A model generated the notes under the pieces. That model ran no database searches. It was not told where the DNA came from and was given only the letters and a program-made list of their open reading frames with translations. The translations under genes and the position numbers were made by a program. A DNA stretch of 59,352 nucleotides, filler included. It is 4 parts of 4 records of this genome, joined end to end, with 100 filler letters (N's around TTAATTAATTAA, not from the genome) between each part and the next. Parts side by side here need not be neighbours in the genome. Positions count along the whole stretch, not along the records: positions 1 to 31,168 come from SRR20825006_973; 3 more parts are not named here. One strand, written 5' to 3'. This document shows, in pieces, positions 1 to 9,772 of this stretch. Numbering within the stretch: position 1 is the stretch's first letter; every line of letters starts with the position of its first letter.

Positions 1-549
<549 letters not shown>

Positions 550-602
550 TTATCTTCTGTTTTAAAATTATTTAATTGACTGTTCTTTTGTTCAATCTGA
601 AC

Positions 603-890
603 TTAGGCCAAAACGCCTACGATGTCAGATTCACGCATAATTAGGTATTCTTCACTTTCCAAAGTTACTTCAGTACCTGCGTATTTGCCGTAAAGAACTT
701 TATCACCTTCTTTAACTGACATTTCAATTTTGGTTCCGTTTTCAACTTTTCCAGGACCTACCGCCACAACCGTACCTTGTTGCGGTTTTTCTTTAGCTGT
801 ATCAGGGATGTACAGACCAGAGCTGGTTACTTCCTCAGCTACGTCCGCTTTAACGAGCACGCGGTCGCCTAAAGGTTTAATGCTAGCCAT
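603..890 (-). CDS. groES: Co-chaperonin GroES
   Basis: [33 protein letters not shown] and KYAGTEV motifs; AGGAG RBS upstream. Confidence 0.98.
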   Translation of the reverse strand: MASIKPLGDRVLVKADVAEEVTSSGLYIPDTAKEKPQQGTVVAVGPGKVENGTKIEMSVKEGDKVLYGKYAGTEVTLESEEYLIMRESDIVGVLA

Positions 891-967
891 GTGTATGACT
901 CCTATTTTGTTTTATGTTTACGTTAGTAATCGGGAATGAACCCATTTTTTTAATCTGCTTCAGGTAA

Positions 968-984
968 AGCAACTACCGTACCAA
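968..984 (-). promoter_or_regulatory. Putative sigma54 (RpoN) -24/-12 promoter of groESL
   Basis: Minus strand reads TTGGTACGGTAGTTGCT: GG-N10-GC with TTGCT, one mismatch from TGGCAC-N5-TTGC, about 80 nt upstream of the groES ATG. Confidence 0.7.
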
Positions 985-1055
985 ATCACATTGCAGGGTT
1001 TTCGCAATATTAAGTCAGATAATTCTGAAGAATTGTAAGTCAGAATAGAAATCTT

Positions 1056-1829
1056 TTAAGCAAACTTGTCAGATGCTTCAAGTAACTCTGCCAAGTTTGC
1101 ATATACTTCAGGTGCCCAGTTCTCAGCACGTTCGTCCAAGTTATATCCTTCTGGTATAAAGTCGCCCATCACAGGCTTTAAGGAATTGCTCAGTTTCTTG
1201 CGGCGCTGATTGAATGCAGTCCGCACTACCGCTTTCAAAGCTTTATCAGAACAAGCCATTTTGGGCTTATCAAAAGTGAGCCTGATTACAGAACTCATCA
1301 CTTTTGGCGGAGGATTAAAAGAATTTGGAGAAACATTAAAAAGAAGCTCTGGCGTACTCATAAGCTGAGTTTGAACGCTCAAAATACCGTATTGTTTATT
1401 AGAAGGCATCGCTACCAATCTCTCTGCCACTTCCTTCTGCATCATCAAAATTGCATCTTCAAAAAGGTGTCTTGATTCCAATAAACTAAATAGAATTGGG
1501 CTAGTAATATAATATGGAAGGTTTCCAATCACGTAGGTCTTGCCTTCAGGTGCAACAAGTTCGGTCCAATCTACCTTTAACACATCTTTTTGGTGAATGG
1601 TTAACCCTTTTAAGCTATTCTCTAAAACAGTAACCGCTCTCGGATCAACTTCTATCGCGTGAACGTCGTCATATTTTTCAACAAGCCATTTTGTAAGCGC
1701 ACCTGTACCTGGGCCAATTTCGATGATACGATCTGTTCTATCGGCGCGAATTGCTTCCACAATATTGAAAAGCACATTGCTATCGGTTAAGAAGTGTTGG
1801 CCTAAGCTCTTTTTGGTTTTAAACGACAT
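1056..1829 (-). CDS. rsmA: 16S rRNA adenine dimethyltransferase
   Basis: KKSLGQHFL, IEIGPGTGALT, GNLPYYIT and MQKEVAER motifs. Confidence 0.96.
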   Translation of the reverse strand: MSFKTKKSLGQHFLTDSNVLFNIVEAIRADRTDRIIEIGPGTGALTKWLVEKYDDVHAIEVDPRAVTVLENSLKGLTIHQKDVLKVDWTELVAPEGKTYVIGNLPYYITSPILFSLLESRHLFEDAILMMQKEVAERLVAMPSNKQYGILSVQTQLMSTPELLFNVSPNSFNPPPKVMSSVIRLTFDKPKMACSDKALKAVVRTAFNQRRKKLSNSLKPVMGDFIPEGYNLDERAENWAPEVYANLAELLEASDKFA

Positions 1830-1979
1830 CTATTGAGTGTGATTTATATTATTGGAAGATAGGTTAAATGAAGTTCTATTACTGAGTATAAAACCGTGAA
1901 TTGTTGTACTTAATTGATTAATTGATTTGTAAATTGCGAAACGCTTGGTATACTTCTTTGCGAAATAAGATATTTATTT

Positions 1980-4376
1980 ATGAGTTTACTCGAAAAGTTT
2001 GGACTAGCTCCAAAAAATAAAGAATTAGCCCCATTAATTGGGGAGAAAATGAAAAAGGAGCAAGAGGCTTATTCCTTAAAGCGAAATCCTTTTATACGCG
2101 TTTTCATATTTGTGGTTTTTATAGCCATATCGGTACTTTCTTTGCCGCATGCCACCATCAATTCTGGGTTTAATTACACCGTTGGGCAACCTTGGCGAAT
2201 TGACGACCTAACTGCTCCGTTCACATTTGCAGTAAACAAAACGCCCGAAGAAATTACCTCTGAAAAAGAGGTTCTTCAAAAGAACATCGCCCCTATCTAC
2301 CGTGTTGACAGTAGCGCACCTATTGCCATCCAAACAAAGATCGACTCTCTGTATCGCGAAATTCAACCTGTTATAGAAAATTACGCCAATTGGCAAGTCA
2401 GTAAAGAAAGTAGCTCTCAAACTACTTTTTCAGATAGCATCAGATTTGTGCAAGAATTTAGTACTACCGAAGTCGGCCTAACAGAACCTTCTTGGAATGT
2501 TCTTTTTAATAGTTACTACCAAGTACAGTCAAACAATTTCCCCTCTAATCGTTTTATAGGCGCTTCAATAAAAAAAGAGCTTGAAAGTCTTATTGATCAA
2601 CTCTTGAATGAGGGAATCATCAATATGAGCAAAGCGGGACTAACACAAAGCGAAATTACCATCCGCAATTCGGTAAATAGCACTGAGCAGACTATCAATA
2701 TTGCTCGGGTACGTGACCGTAAAGAAGCTAATGAATACGCTCAATTTGTAATGACGAAACAGTTTAACGAGCGTGAGGCCCAACTTGCGATTGAGCTTTA
2801 CAACAAAGCAATTCTCCCTAATTACTTATTCAACCAAGCAGATTCCGATACCCGTATCGCTGAAGCAATAGCAACCATTTCTGAAACAAAAGGCGCGATA
2901 GCACAAGGCCAGGTGATTATTAGAAAAGGTGATTTGGTAACTCAAGATCGCGCAAACATCCTTACTAGTTTAGCTCAAACTCGCTCCGAAAATGCGTCAT
3001 TAGCAGAACGTTGGTTACGATTTTCTGGTGGTGTAATCGCCATTATTGCTATTTCCTTAGTCTTCTTTATCTACATCTATCTCTATCGCCGAAATATAAG
3101 TACCCACAACGGGCTTTTCTTTTTGGTGTTTCTTACTCTTGGTTTGGTTAGCATTTGTAGCGCAGTAATTTTCAAACTCGATATTGCGTCACCTTATGTA
3201 ATACCTATCGCCATTGCCCCCATTATTCTTACCATTATTTTCGACTCTAGAGTGGGTATAATTGCAGCAGTAACTTTGGCATCTCTTATTGGACTAGTAA
3301 ATGGAAACGACTTCGAATTTACTATCGCCACTATTTGTGCGTGTAGCATGGGCGTATTTTCCGTACGCGATATCAAAGATAGATCTCAATTTTTCTTTAC
3401 CACACCTGGCGTAGTATTCTTAACCTACATTATTGTAACTGGCGGTTTTGCACTAGCTAAATTAAGTGGTTGGGAAATATATTTAAATCAGATTCTTTTC
3501 ATCGCCATTAACGCTGTTTTCATTCTTTTCACCTATCCAATCATTCTATTATTTGAAAAATTATTTGGTGTTACAACCGATTTCACCTTATTAGAAATGA
3601 GCGATACAAACCGACCTTTACTTAAAGAGTTGATGAATAAAGCTCCTGGTACTTTCCATCACAGTTTACAAGTAGCCAATCTTGCTGAAGCAGCGGCTTC
3701 ATCTATACGAGCAAATCCACTTTTATGTCGTGTAGGCGCTCTTTATCATGATATCGGTAAAACTGTAAAACCCGCTTATTTTGTTGAAAACCAAGGCGGT
3801 GGAGTGAACGAACACGACAAGCTAAAGCCTCAAATGAGCGCTATGGTTATTAAAGCTCATGTTAGTGAAGGCGTTAAAATGGCCGAAGAATATGGGCTTC
3901 CTGATTCCATTACTGATTTCATTAGAACGCATCATGGAACTTCCGTCATCCGCTACTTTTACGAAAAAGCGAAAGAAGATTTGGCGGTGAAAGACACTCT
4001 TAGCGAAGATCAATTTCGATATGACGGCCCGCTCCCATCTACCAAAGAAACAGGAATTCTTTTATTGGCTGATGGAATCGAAGCAGCTTCTAGAGCTATG
4101 AAGAATCCCAATTATACTAAGTTAGAGAACCTTGTAAACCGAATGGTAGACGATCGTGTTTCTGAGGGACAACTCAGCCATTGTCCACTTACGTTTAGAG
4201 ATTTACACATCGTTAAAGAAGCTTTTTTAAATATTCTTGTTGGGGTGTATCACAGTCGGATTGAATATCCAGAAGGCAAAAAGGATACCCACAAAGTACC
4301 CGAAATATCTACTGAAGCCCCCAAGGAAATTAAAGAGGTTAATACCGAGCAGCCTGACGACAAGAAAGTTGATTAA
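1980..4376 (+). CDS. 7TM-HD (HDIG) membrane phosphohydrolase, PgpH-like c-di-AMP phosphodiesterase family
   Basis: N-terminal TM, large extracellular domain, about 7 TM helices, then APGTFHHS, LYHDIGK, HHGT and LLADGIEAASR motifs. Confidence 0.88.
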   Translation: MSLLEKFGLAPKNKELAPLIGEKMKKEQEAYSLKRNPFIRVFIFVVFIAISVLSLPHATINSGFNYTVGQPWRIDDLTAPFTFAVNKTPEEITSEKEVLQKNIAPIYRVDSSAPIAIQTKIDSLYREIQPVIENYANWQVSKESSSQTTFSDSIRFVQEFSTTEVGLTEPSWNVLFNSYYQVQSNNFPSNRFIGASIKKELESLIDQLLNEGIINMSKAGLTQSEITIRNSVNSTEQTINIARVRDRKEANEYAQFVMTKQFNEREAQLAIELYNKAILPNYLFNQADSDTRIAEAIATISETKGAIAQGQVIIRKGDLVTQDRANILTSLAQTRSENASLAERWLRFSGGVIAIIAISLVFFIYIYLYRRNISTHNGLFFLVFLTLGLVSICSAVIFKLDIASPYVIPIAIAPIILTIIFDSRVGIIAAVTLASLIGLVNGNDFEFTIATICACSMGVFSVRDIKDRSQFFFTTPGVVFLTYIIVTGGFALAKLSGWEIYLNQILFIAINAVFILFTYPIILLFEKLFGVTTDFTLLEMSDTNRPLLKELMNKAPGTFHHSLQVANLAEAAASSIRANPLLCRVGALYHDIGKTVKPAYFVENQGGGVNEHDKLKPQMSAMVIKAHVSEGVKMAEEYGLPDSITDFIRTHHGTSVIRYFYEKAKEDLAVKDTLSEDQFRYDGPLPSTKETGILLLADGIEAASRAMKNPNYTKLENLVNRMVDDRVSEGQLSHCPLTFRDLHIVKEAFLNILVGVYHSRIEYPEGKKDTHKVPEISTEAPKEIKEVNTEQPDDKKVD

Positions 4377-5290
4377 TGAATCCTTTTAAGCCACAAATAG
4401 ACTTATACATTCAGTTTATTAAGCTCGAAAAAGGACTCTCCAAAAACTCCATTGTTTCTTACAGAAATGATATAGAACGGTACTTAAACTACTTATTGGC
4501 CGAGCATAAGATCTCCGATTTATCGGGTGTTGCACTAAACCATATCGAACAGTTCTTAGATTATCTCATCGACCATGAGTTACTCTCCTCTAGTTCTATT
4601 GCTCGGAATATATCGAGCATACGAGGATTTCATGAATTTGCGACTGCAGAAGGATTAGCCCAAGCCAATCCAGCCGAGCTTATTGAACTTCCCAAAAAAG
4701 CGAAAAAGCTACCTGAAGTTCTCAATCCCGATGAAATTGAAGCTCTATTAAGTACCCCTGATCTTGAAACTCCCGCTGGCATTAGAAATAAAGCTATCTT
4801 AGAAACACTGTACGGAACGGGAATGAGGGTGAGTGAATTAACGGGATTAGAAGTAGACCGAATGTTTTTCGAAATTGGTTTCATCCGAGTGATTGGGAAA
4901 GGAAACAAAGAGCGATTAGTTCCTGTGGGCGAAATTGCCCAAGATGCGATCTCACATTATTTAGAATTTGTAAGGCCGTTATTTTTCAAACCAAGTAAAG
5001 CTGAAAACGCCAAGAATCGAGTTTTCTTAAATCAGCGTGGTGGTGCTTTAACTAGAATGAGCATCTGGAATATCGTACAAAAAGCTGCCATGGAAGCTGA
5101 GTTACAAAAACCTGTTTATCCCCATATTTTTAGGCACTCTTTTGCAACCCATCTTTTAGAAGGTGGTGCAGATTTACGTGCTGTGCAAGAAATGCTCGGA
5201 CATTCTTCTATACTTACCACGGAAATTTACACACACGTAGATCGCTCCTTTCTACATCAAGTTCACAAAGAATTTCATCCGCGGTCTTAA
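4376..5290 (+). CDS. xerD: Site-specific tyrosine recombinase XerD
   Basis: GMRVSEL, GKGNKERLVP, HIFRHSFATHLLEGGADLRAVQEMLGH and TEIYTH catalytic motifs; TAATG overlap with the upstream gene. Confidence 0.92.
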   Translation: MNPFKPQIDLYIQFIKLEKGLSKNSIVSYRNDIERYLNYLLAEHKISDLSGVALNHIEQFLDYLIDHELLSSSSIARNISSIRGFHEFATAEGLAQANPAELIELPKKAKKLPEVLNPDEIEALLSTPDLETPAGIRNKAILETLYGTGMRVSELTGLEVDRMFFEIGFIRVIGKGNKERLVPVGEIAQDAISHYLEFVRPLFFKPSKAENAKNRVFLNQRGGALTRMSIWNIVQKAAMEAELQKPVYPHIFRHSFATHLLEGGADLRAVQEMLGHSSILTTEIYTHVDRSFLHQVHKEFHPRS

Positions 5291-5487
5291 AGTTAAACTT
5301 CTCCCTTTTATAAGAACTAGCTCTTATCAAATTATATAACATATATAAGGGACGGCTAGCTGAAATGGATTCTTTTCCGCCTCTACATACTAAAGCAATA
5401 CAGTTATAAATTTAAATACTGCTTTACTAAAATCACTTGTATAAAGATTCTCAAATCGTATTTTGAGCCAAACTAATTTTTATATCT

Positions 5488-7173
5488 ATGAAATCATTTT
5501 TACTCAGTCTTTTTCTCCTGCTATTTATTGGAAATCAAGTACAAGCGCAAACAGGTTGGACTAAAACATATGACAACGGCCTTGTCGTTTCTGCAGAAGT
5601 ATACGCTTCCTCAGCTGGTAAACAAATTTTAGAACAAGGCGGTAATGCCGTTGATGCCGCTGTTGCTGTTCAGTTTGCACTTGCGGTTACATTACCAAGA
5701 GCTGGTAACATTGGTGGTGGCGGTTTTATGATGATTCGTCTTAGTGATGGGACAACAAAAGCTTTAGATTTCAGAGAAATTGCCCCACTTCGTGCTACTG
5801 CCGATATGTATATCCGGGATGGAGAATTTCAGCCTGAACTTAGCCAGCAAGGCATACTTGCCTCTGGCGTACCTGGTGTAGTAGACGGAATGATAACCGC
5901 TCATAAAAGATACGGAAGGTTACCACTCGAAACGATATTACAACCCGCTCTTGAGTTAGCCAAAAATGGATATTATCTCTCTTACTCTCAGGCAGAAGAC
6001 ATGAACAACCATGCTTCTAGGTTCGCAAAATATGAAGGTTCTTCAAAATACTTCCTTAAGGCCAATAAGGAAGCATTTCATGAAGGTGAGCTTTTTGTTC
6101 AGAAAGATTTAGCAATGGTTATTGAACAAGTTATTCAGTTTGGTAGAGATGGATTCTACTCTGGGCCTGTAGCCGAAGCTATTGTGAATGAAATGAAGTC
6201 TCAAAATGGAATCATCTCCCATAAAGACTTACAAGACTATCGCAGTAAATGGCGCGATCCAATAAAGGTTAAATTTCATGAGTATGAACTTGCAATAATG
6301 CCCCCTCCAAGTAGTGGAAGTATCGCTGTAGCTCAAATCCTTTCGATGATAGAAGATTACGATCTCAAAGCCATTGGCCACAATTCTGCGGATTACGTTC
6401 ATTTATTAGCAGAGTCTATGCGAAGAGCTTTTGCAGATCGTTCTTTCTATCTCGGTGATCCTGATTTTTGGGAAATTCCACAGAACGAACTAATTAGTAA
6501 AGCATATAATAGTTCTAGAATGGAGTCTTTTTCAATGGATAAAGTAACTCCATCTAGTTCTCTAAAACATGGAGATACAAAAGGCTATAAAGAACCCGAT
6601 CAAACCACACACTTCTCCATTATTGATAAAGACGGAAATGCCGTAGGAGTTACCACAACTCTGAACGGCTCTTTTGGAAGTCATGTGGCAGTTACCGGTG
6701 CTGGGTTTCTTCTTAATAATGAAATGGACGATTTTTCAGCACAACCTGGCGTTCCTAACATGTTTGGTTTAATTGGTGGCGAAGCAAATGCCATTGAAAA
6801 GGGAAAACGAATGCTCAGCAGTATGACTCCAACCATTGTTTCTAAGAATGGTAACCCAAGTATGATTCTTGGTGCCGCTGGTGGCCCTAGAATTATCACC
6901 GCAACATTACAAACGTTTCTGAATATGGGCGTATTTGGGATGAATGCTCAACAAGCAGTTTCAGCGCCACGCGTTCATCATCAATGGTTTCCAGATAGAT
7001 TATTTTTTGACCCATACGGGTTAAGTCCAGATACCCAGCTTCTACTGCGTGAAAAAGGTTACGAACTCTCTCAGCAAAGTATTGCTCGGGCACATATCAT
7101 ATTTATTGACGATGATGGGACAAAATCTAGTGGAGTAGACTCACGTGGTGATGGCTACGCTTCTGGTTATTAA
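5488..7173 (+). CDS. ggt: Gamma-glutamyltransferase
   Basis: Signal peptide, GGNAVDAAVA, TTHFSIID (Thr nucleophile), NNEMDDF and LSSMTP motifs. Confidence 0.95.
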   Translation: MKSFLLSLFLLLFIGNQVQAQTGWTKTYDNGLVVSAEVYASSAGKQILEQGGNAVDAAVAVQFALAVTLPRAGNIGGGGFMMIRLSDGTTKALDFREIAPLRATADMYIRDGEFQPELSQQGILASGVPGVVDGMITAHKRYGRLPLETILQPALELAKNGYYLSYSQAEDMNNHASRFAKYEGSSKYFLKANKEAFHEGELFVQKDLAMVIEQVIQFGRDGFYSGPVAEAIVNEMKSQNGIISHKDLQDYRSKWRDPIKVKFHEYELAIMPPPSSGSIAVAQILSMIEDYDLKAIGHNSADYVHLLAESMRRAFADRSFYLGDPDFWEIPQNELISKAYNSSRMESFSMDKVTPSSSLKHGDTKGYKEPDQTTHFSIIDKDGNAVGVTTTLNGSFGSHVAVTGAGFLLNNEMDDFSAQPGVPNMFGLIGGEANAIEKGKRMLSSMTPTIVSKNGNPSMILGAAGGPRIITATLQTFLNMGVFGMNAQQAVSAPRVHHQWFPDRLFFDPYGLSPDTQLLLREKGYELSQQSIARAHIIFIDDDGTKSSGVDSRGDGYASGY

Positions 7174-7577
7174 CCAGAAGCGAGATCAGCAAAAACCTGT
7201 TCTATATTTTGCGCATTAACTTGCTGGTGAGAACCGCTCCAAATAACTTCCCCATCTTTGATGACAAAAAGTTGGGGAGATTCATGGCGGATATTTACAC
7301 GCTCAGCAAAACTAAGGGAAATCGGCCGTTGTCTAATTACATCAATAATATGTAAGCCTGCTTCTTTTCCTTCCCAAAGAGAAGGTGAATCGACATTTCG
7401 TTTTGCAAAAAAACTAACGCTACAACTTCCGCTATGCTTAAAAACAACTTGTGGTTGCTCATTTGAAGTTAGGAAAATCGTATCCAAATCTTCTAAACTT
7501 GTAACTGGGTTCCAAAGTTCTACCCTCTCAGAACCATCGCCACCAAATAAATTATTTACTTTGTCAAAAAATCCCAT
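7170..7577 (-). CDS. ytxJ: Bacillithiol-system monothiol redox protein, YtxJ/BrxC (DUF2847) family
   Basis: FKHSGSCSVS and IRHESPQ motifs; thioredoxin-like size. Confidence 0.82.
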   Translation of the reverse strand: MGFFDKVNNLFGGDGSERVELWNPVTSLEDLDTIFLTSNEQPQVVFKHSGSCSVSFFAKRNVDSPSLWEGKEAGLHIIDVIRQRPISLSFAERVNIRHESPQLFVIKDGEVIWSGSHQQVNAQNIEQVFADLASG

Positions 7578-7680
7578 GTTCTTATTATATAAAATATAGC
7601 AGTTTAAAATGTCTTAGATGGAACGCGTTATTATAACAAAACATTCATTAAGTTAAATATGAACTTAACCCTTATAAATT

Positions 7681-8385
7681 ATGGAAACGAATATAAAAGG
7701 ATATTGGCTAGGCCATTCTGCATTTAAATTTATTAGCCCTGATGGAAATATCATTTATGTAGATCCATTTCTGAAAGGAAACCCCAGTACACCTGCACAT
7801 TTAAAAGAAGTAGAAAAAGCGGATTTCATTCTTTTAACTCATGGGCATGAAGACCACGTGGGCGACACGCTCGAAATTGCCAAAAATACAGGCTGTAAAG
7901 TAGTTGGAATTGTTGAGCTTCTTGCGGTTTTGAGAAAGCATGGTCTTGACGAAAGCCAATGTGTTGAGATGAACAAAGGTGGTACCGTAAATTTTGATGA
8001 TTTCTCAGTTACTATGGTTTCAGCAAATCATAGTTCTTCATTTAAGGGAGAGTATACTGGTGAACCAGCGGGACTCATCCTTTCTTTTGAAAGTGACTTA
8101 TGCATTTACCACATGGGAGATACCAATATCTTTTCTGACCTTTCTTTATATGGTGAGCTCTATGAGCCGCACGTTGTTTTAGCCCCAATTGGCGATTTAT
8201 ACACAATGGGTGCTGAGGAAGCTGCTTATGCCGTTGAAATGTTAGATCCAGAACTTGCAATTCCTATGCATTATGGAACCATGCCTGCTCTTGTAGGCGA
8301 CCCTAATGAGTTTAAAGAAGTGTTAGAGGAAATTTCTGATGCAATAGCTCTTATTCCAGAAGTTGGAGAGGATTTTCTTGCTTAA
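7681..8385 (+). CDS. Metallo-beta-lactamase-fold hydrolase (UPF0173)
   Basis: WLGHSAF, THGHEDH, HMGDT and PMHYGT motifs. Confidence 0.88.
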   Translation: METNIKGYWLGHSAFKFISPDGNIIYVDPFLKGNPSTPAHLKEVEKADFILLTHGHEDHVGDTLEIAKNTGCKVVGIVELLAVLRKHGLDESQCVEMNKGGTVNFDDFSVTMVSANHSSSFKGEYTGEPAGLILSFESDLCIYHMGDTNIFSDLSLYGELYEPHVVLAPIGDLYTMGAEEAAYAVEMLDPELAIPMHYGTMPALVGDPNEFKEVLEEISDAIALIPEVGEDFLA

Positions 8386-8417
8386 CTATTAAGCACTCAC
8401 TTATTATCACCTATTTG

Positions 8418-8455
8418 AAAGAAGCTGCAAATCCATTTTGTAGCTTCTTTTTTTT
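8418..8455 (+). terminator. Intrinsic terminator between convergent genes
   Basis: AAAGAAGCTGCAAA/TTTGTAGCTTCTTT stem followed by a T run. Confidence 0.75.
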
Positions 8456-8460
8456 AAATT

Positions 8461-9753
8461 CTAATTTCGAGTGTCATCCCTTAGGCGGAAAATAAACTCC
8501 TTCACCTCATCGTCTCTATTAACAACTATAGATATTTTTCTCTTATCCCTACTCTGGAAAATGTCGTATAGCTCAACCAAACTGTATCTGAATGTGTGCT
8601 TATAATCCACTTCCATAATAATATCATTTACTCGTAAACCAGCTTTTTCAGCGGGAGACCCCTCTCTTACTTGTGAGACTAAGTAAAATGGAATTCCTAA
8701 AAACGGAGTGCTTAACTCAATTCCAGCCATGTTGTAGTTAAAATCTCTGTAAGATTGTTTATTTGGTTTTACAAGCATACTCCCATCTTCATAATTAATG
8801 AACACAGTAAACCGTTTTAACAAATCTGCACCAACACTACCGTTTCTATTACCTAATTGTAGTGCTCTACGGGTTCCTACTTCTTCTGGATAATGCACTA
8901 CGGGTTCCTTCAGCGTTAATTCTCCGAAATTCATTGATTTTACACGGCCAATTTCTCCATAAATTTCTCCACTTAAACCAGAACCTAAATAGGAATATAA
9001 ATTCTTTGGGGGAATACTAATTTCAGGACTTGAAGCCGGATAAATGGAAATGGCATGACTTGCACCTGAATCAATAAGGAGCTTTGTTTCTATTACGGAT
9101 GAATCGTGTTGGACTACCGTAGAATTTATGTATGGTTTTCTAGCATTTATTTCTATCGGTATTTCGGTCCAGAACCTACTTTTCTTTTTCTTTTGATATC
9201 CTTGTCTATATAAGTCTGGGTCATGGAAATAGAGTCTTTTGTTCAAATAATCTATCTCTACTATAAAATTCTTGAAAATATCGTACCCAATTAGACCATT
9301 TACCTCTCTTCCCATAAATGAAGATAAATTGAATCGATCTTCGAGCATTAACACAATATCTAAGCTATCACCCTTTATACCTTCCAGGTATACGCTATTC
9401 CCAGCCGAAAATAAAGCTTCCATTGGTTCAGCTTCCCCTAATCCACTTAACGTTACTTTTCCTGAATACCGAATGGTAAATTCTTTGTTGGCCGATAATT
9501 CTGTGATTAAAGTTCTTCCAACTCCAGTATCTAGCACAAAACGTAGAGTATCTGAGTTATTGATGCGCAATGGAATAACCACCAGATTGTTTATAAGCTC
9601 AAAAGGCATATAAATTTTTTTGGTTTTTTGATCCTCAATTTGGATATCACGATTAACCCTTTGAGCCAACTTCGAATGTGTGGCGCAACCAATCATGCTT
9701 ATAAAAAACATGATTACTAAGCTATGAAAAATTATAATTCTAGGTTTCAGCAT
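8461..9753 (-). CDS. Aspartyl protease with two retropepsin-like lobes and a C-terminal PDZ domain; probable lipoprotein
   Basis: FVLDTGVG and LLIDSGAS catalytic motifs; GSPAEKAGLRVNDII PDZ motif; MIGC lipobox-like signal. Confidence 0.82.
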   Translation of the reverse strand: MLKPRIIIFHSLVIMFFISMIGCATHSKLAQRVNRDIQIEDQKTKKIYMPFELINNLVVIPLRINNSDTLRFVLDTGVGRTLITELSANKEFTIRYSGKVTLSGLGEAEPMEALFSAGNSVYLEGIKGDSLDIVLMLEDRFNLSSFMGREVNGLIGYDIFKNFIVEIDYLNKRLYFHDPDLYRQGYQKKKKSRFWTEIPIEINARKPYINSTVVQHDSSVIETKLLIDSGASHAISIYPASSPEISIPPKNLYSYLGSGLSGEIYGEIGRVKSMNFGELTLKEPVVHYPEEVGTRRALQLGNRNGSVGADLLKRFTVFINYEDGSMLVKPNKQSYRDFNYNMAGIELSTPFLGIPFYLVSQVREGSPAEKAGLRVNDIIMEVDYKHTFRYSLVELYDIFQSRDKRKISIVVNRDDEVKEFIFRLRDDTRN

Positions 9754-9772
9754 ACTTTAAATTTGCTAAATC

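Noticed and set aside
4376..5360. Tyrosine recombinase as an integron or prophage integrase; TTATATA-N3-TATATAA downstream as a dif/att site
   Set aside because: The protein has housekeeping XerD signatures. There are no attC arrays or phage genes, and the palindrome does not match dif.
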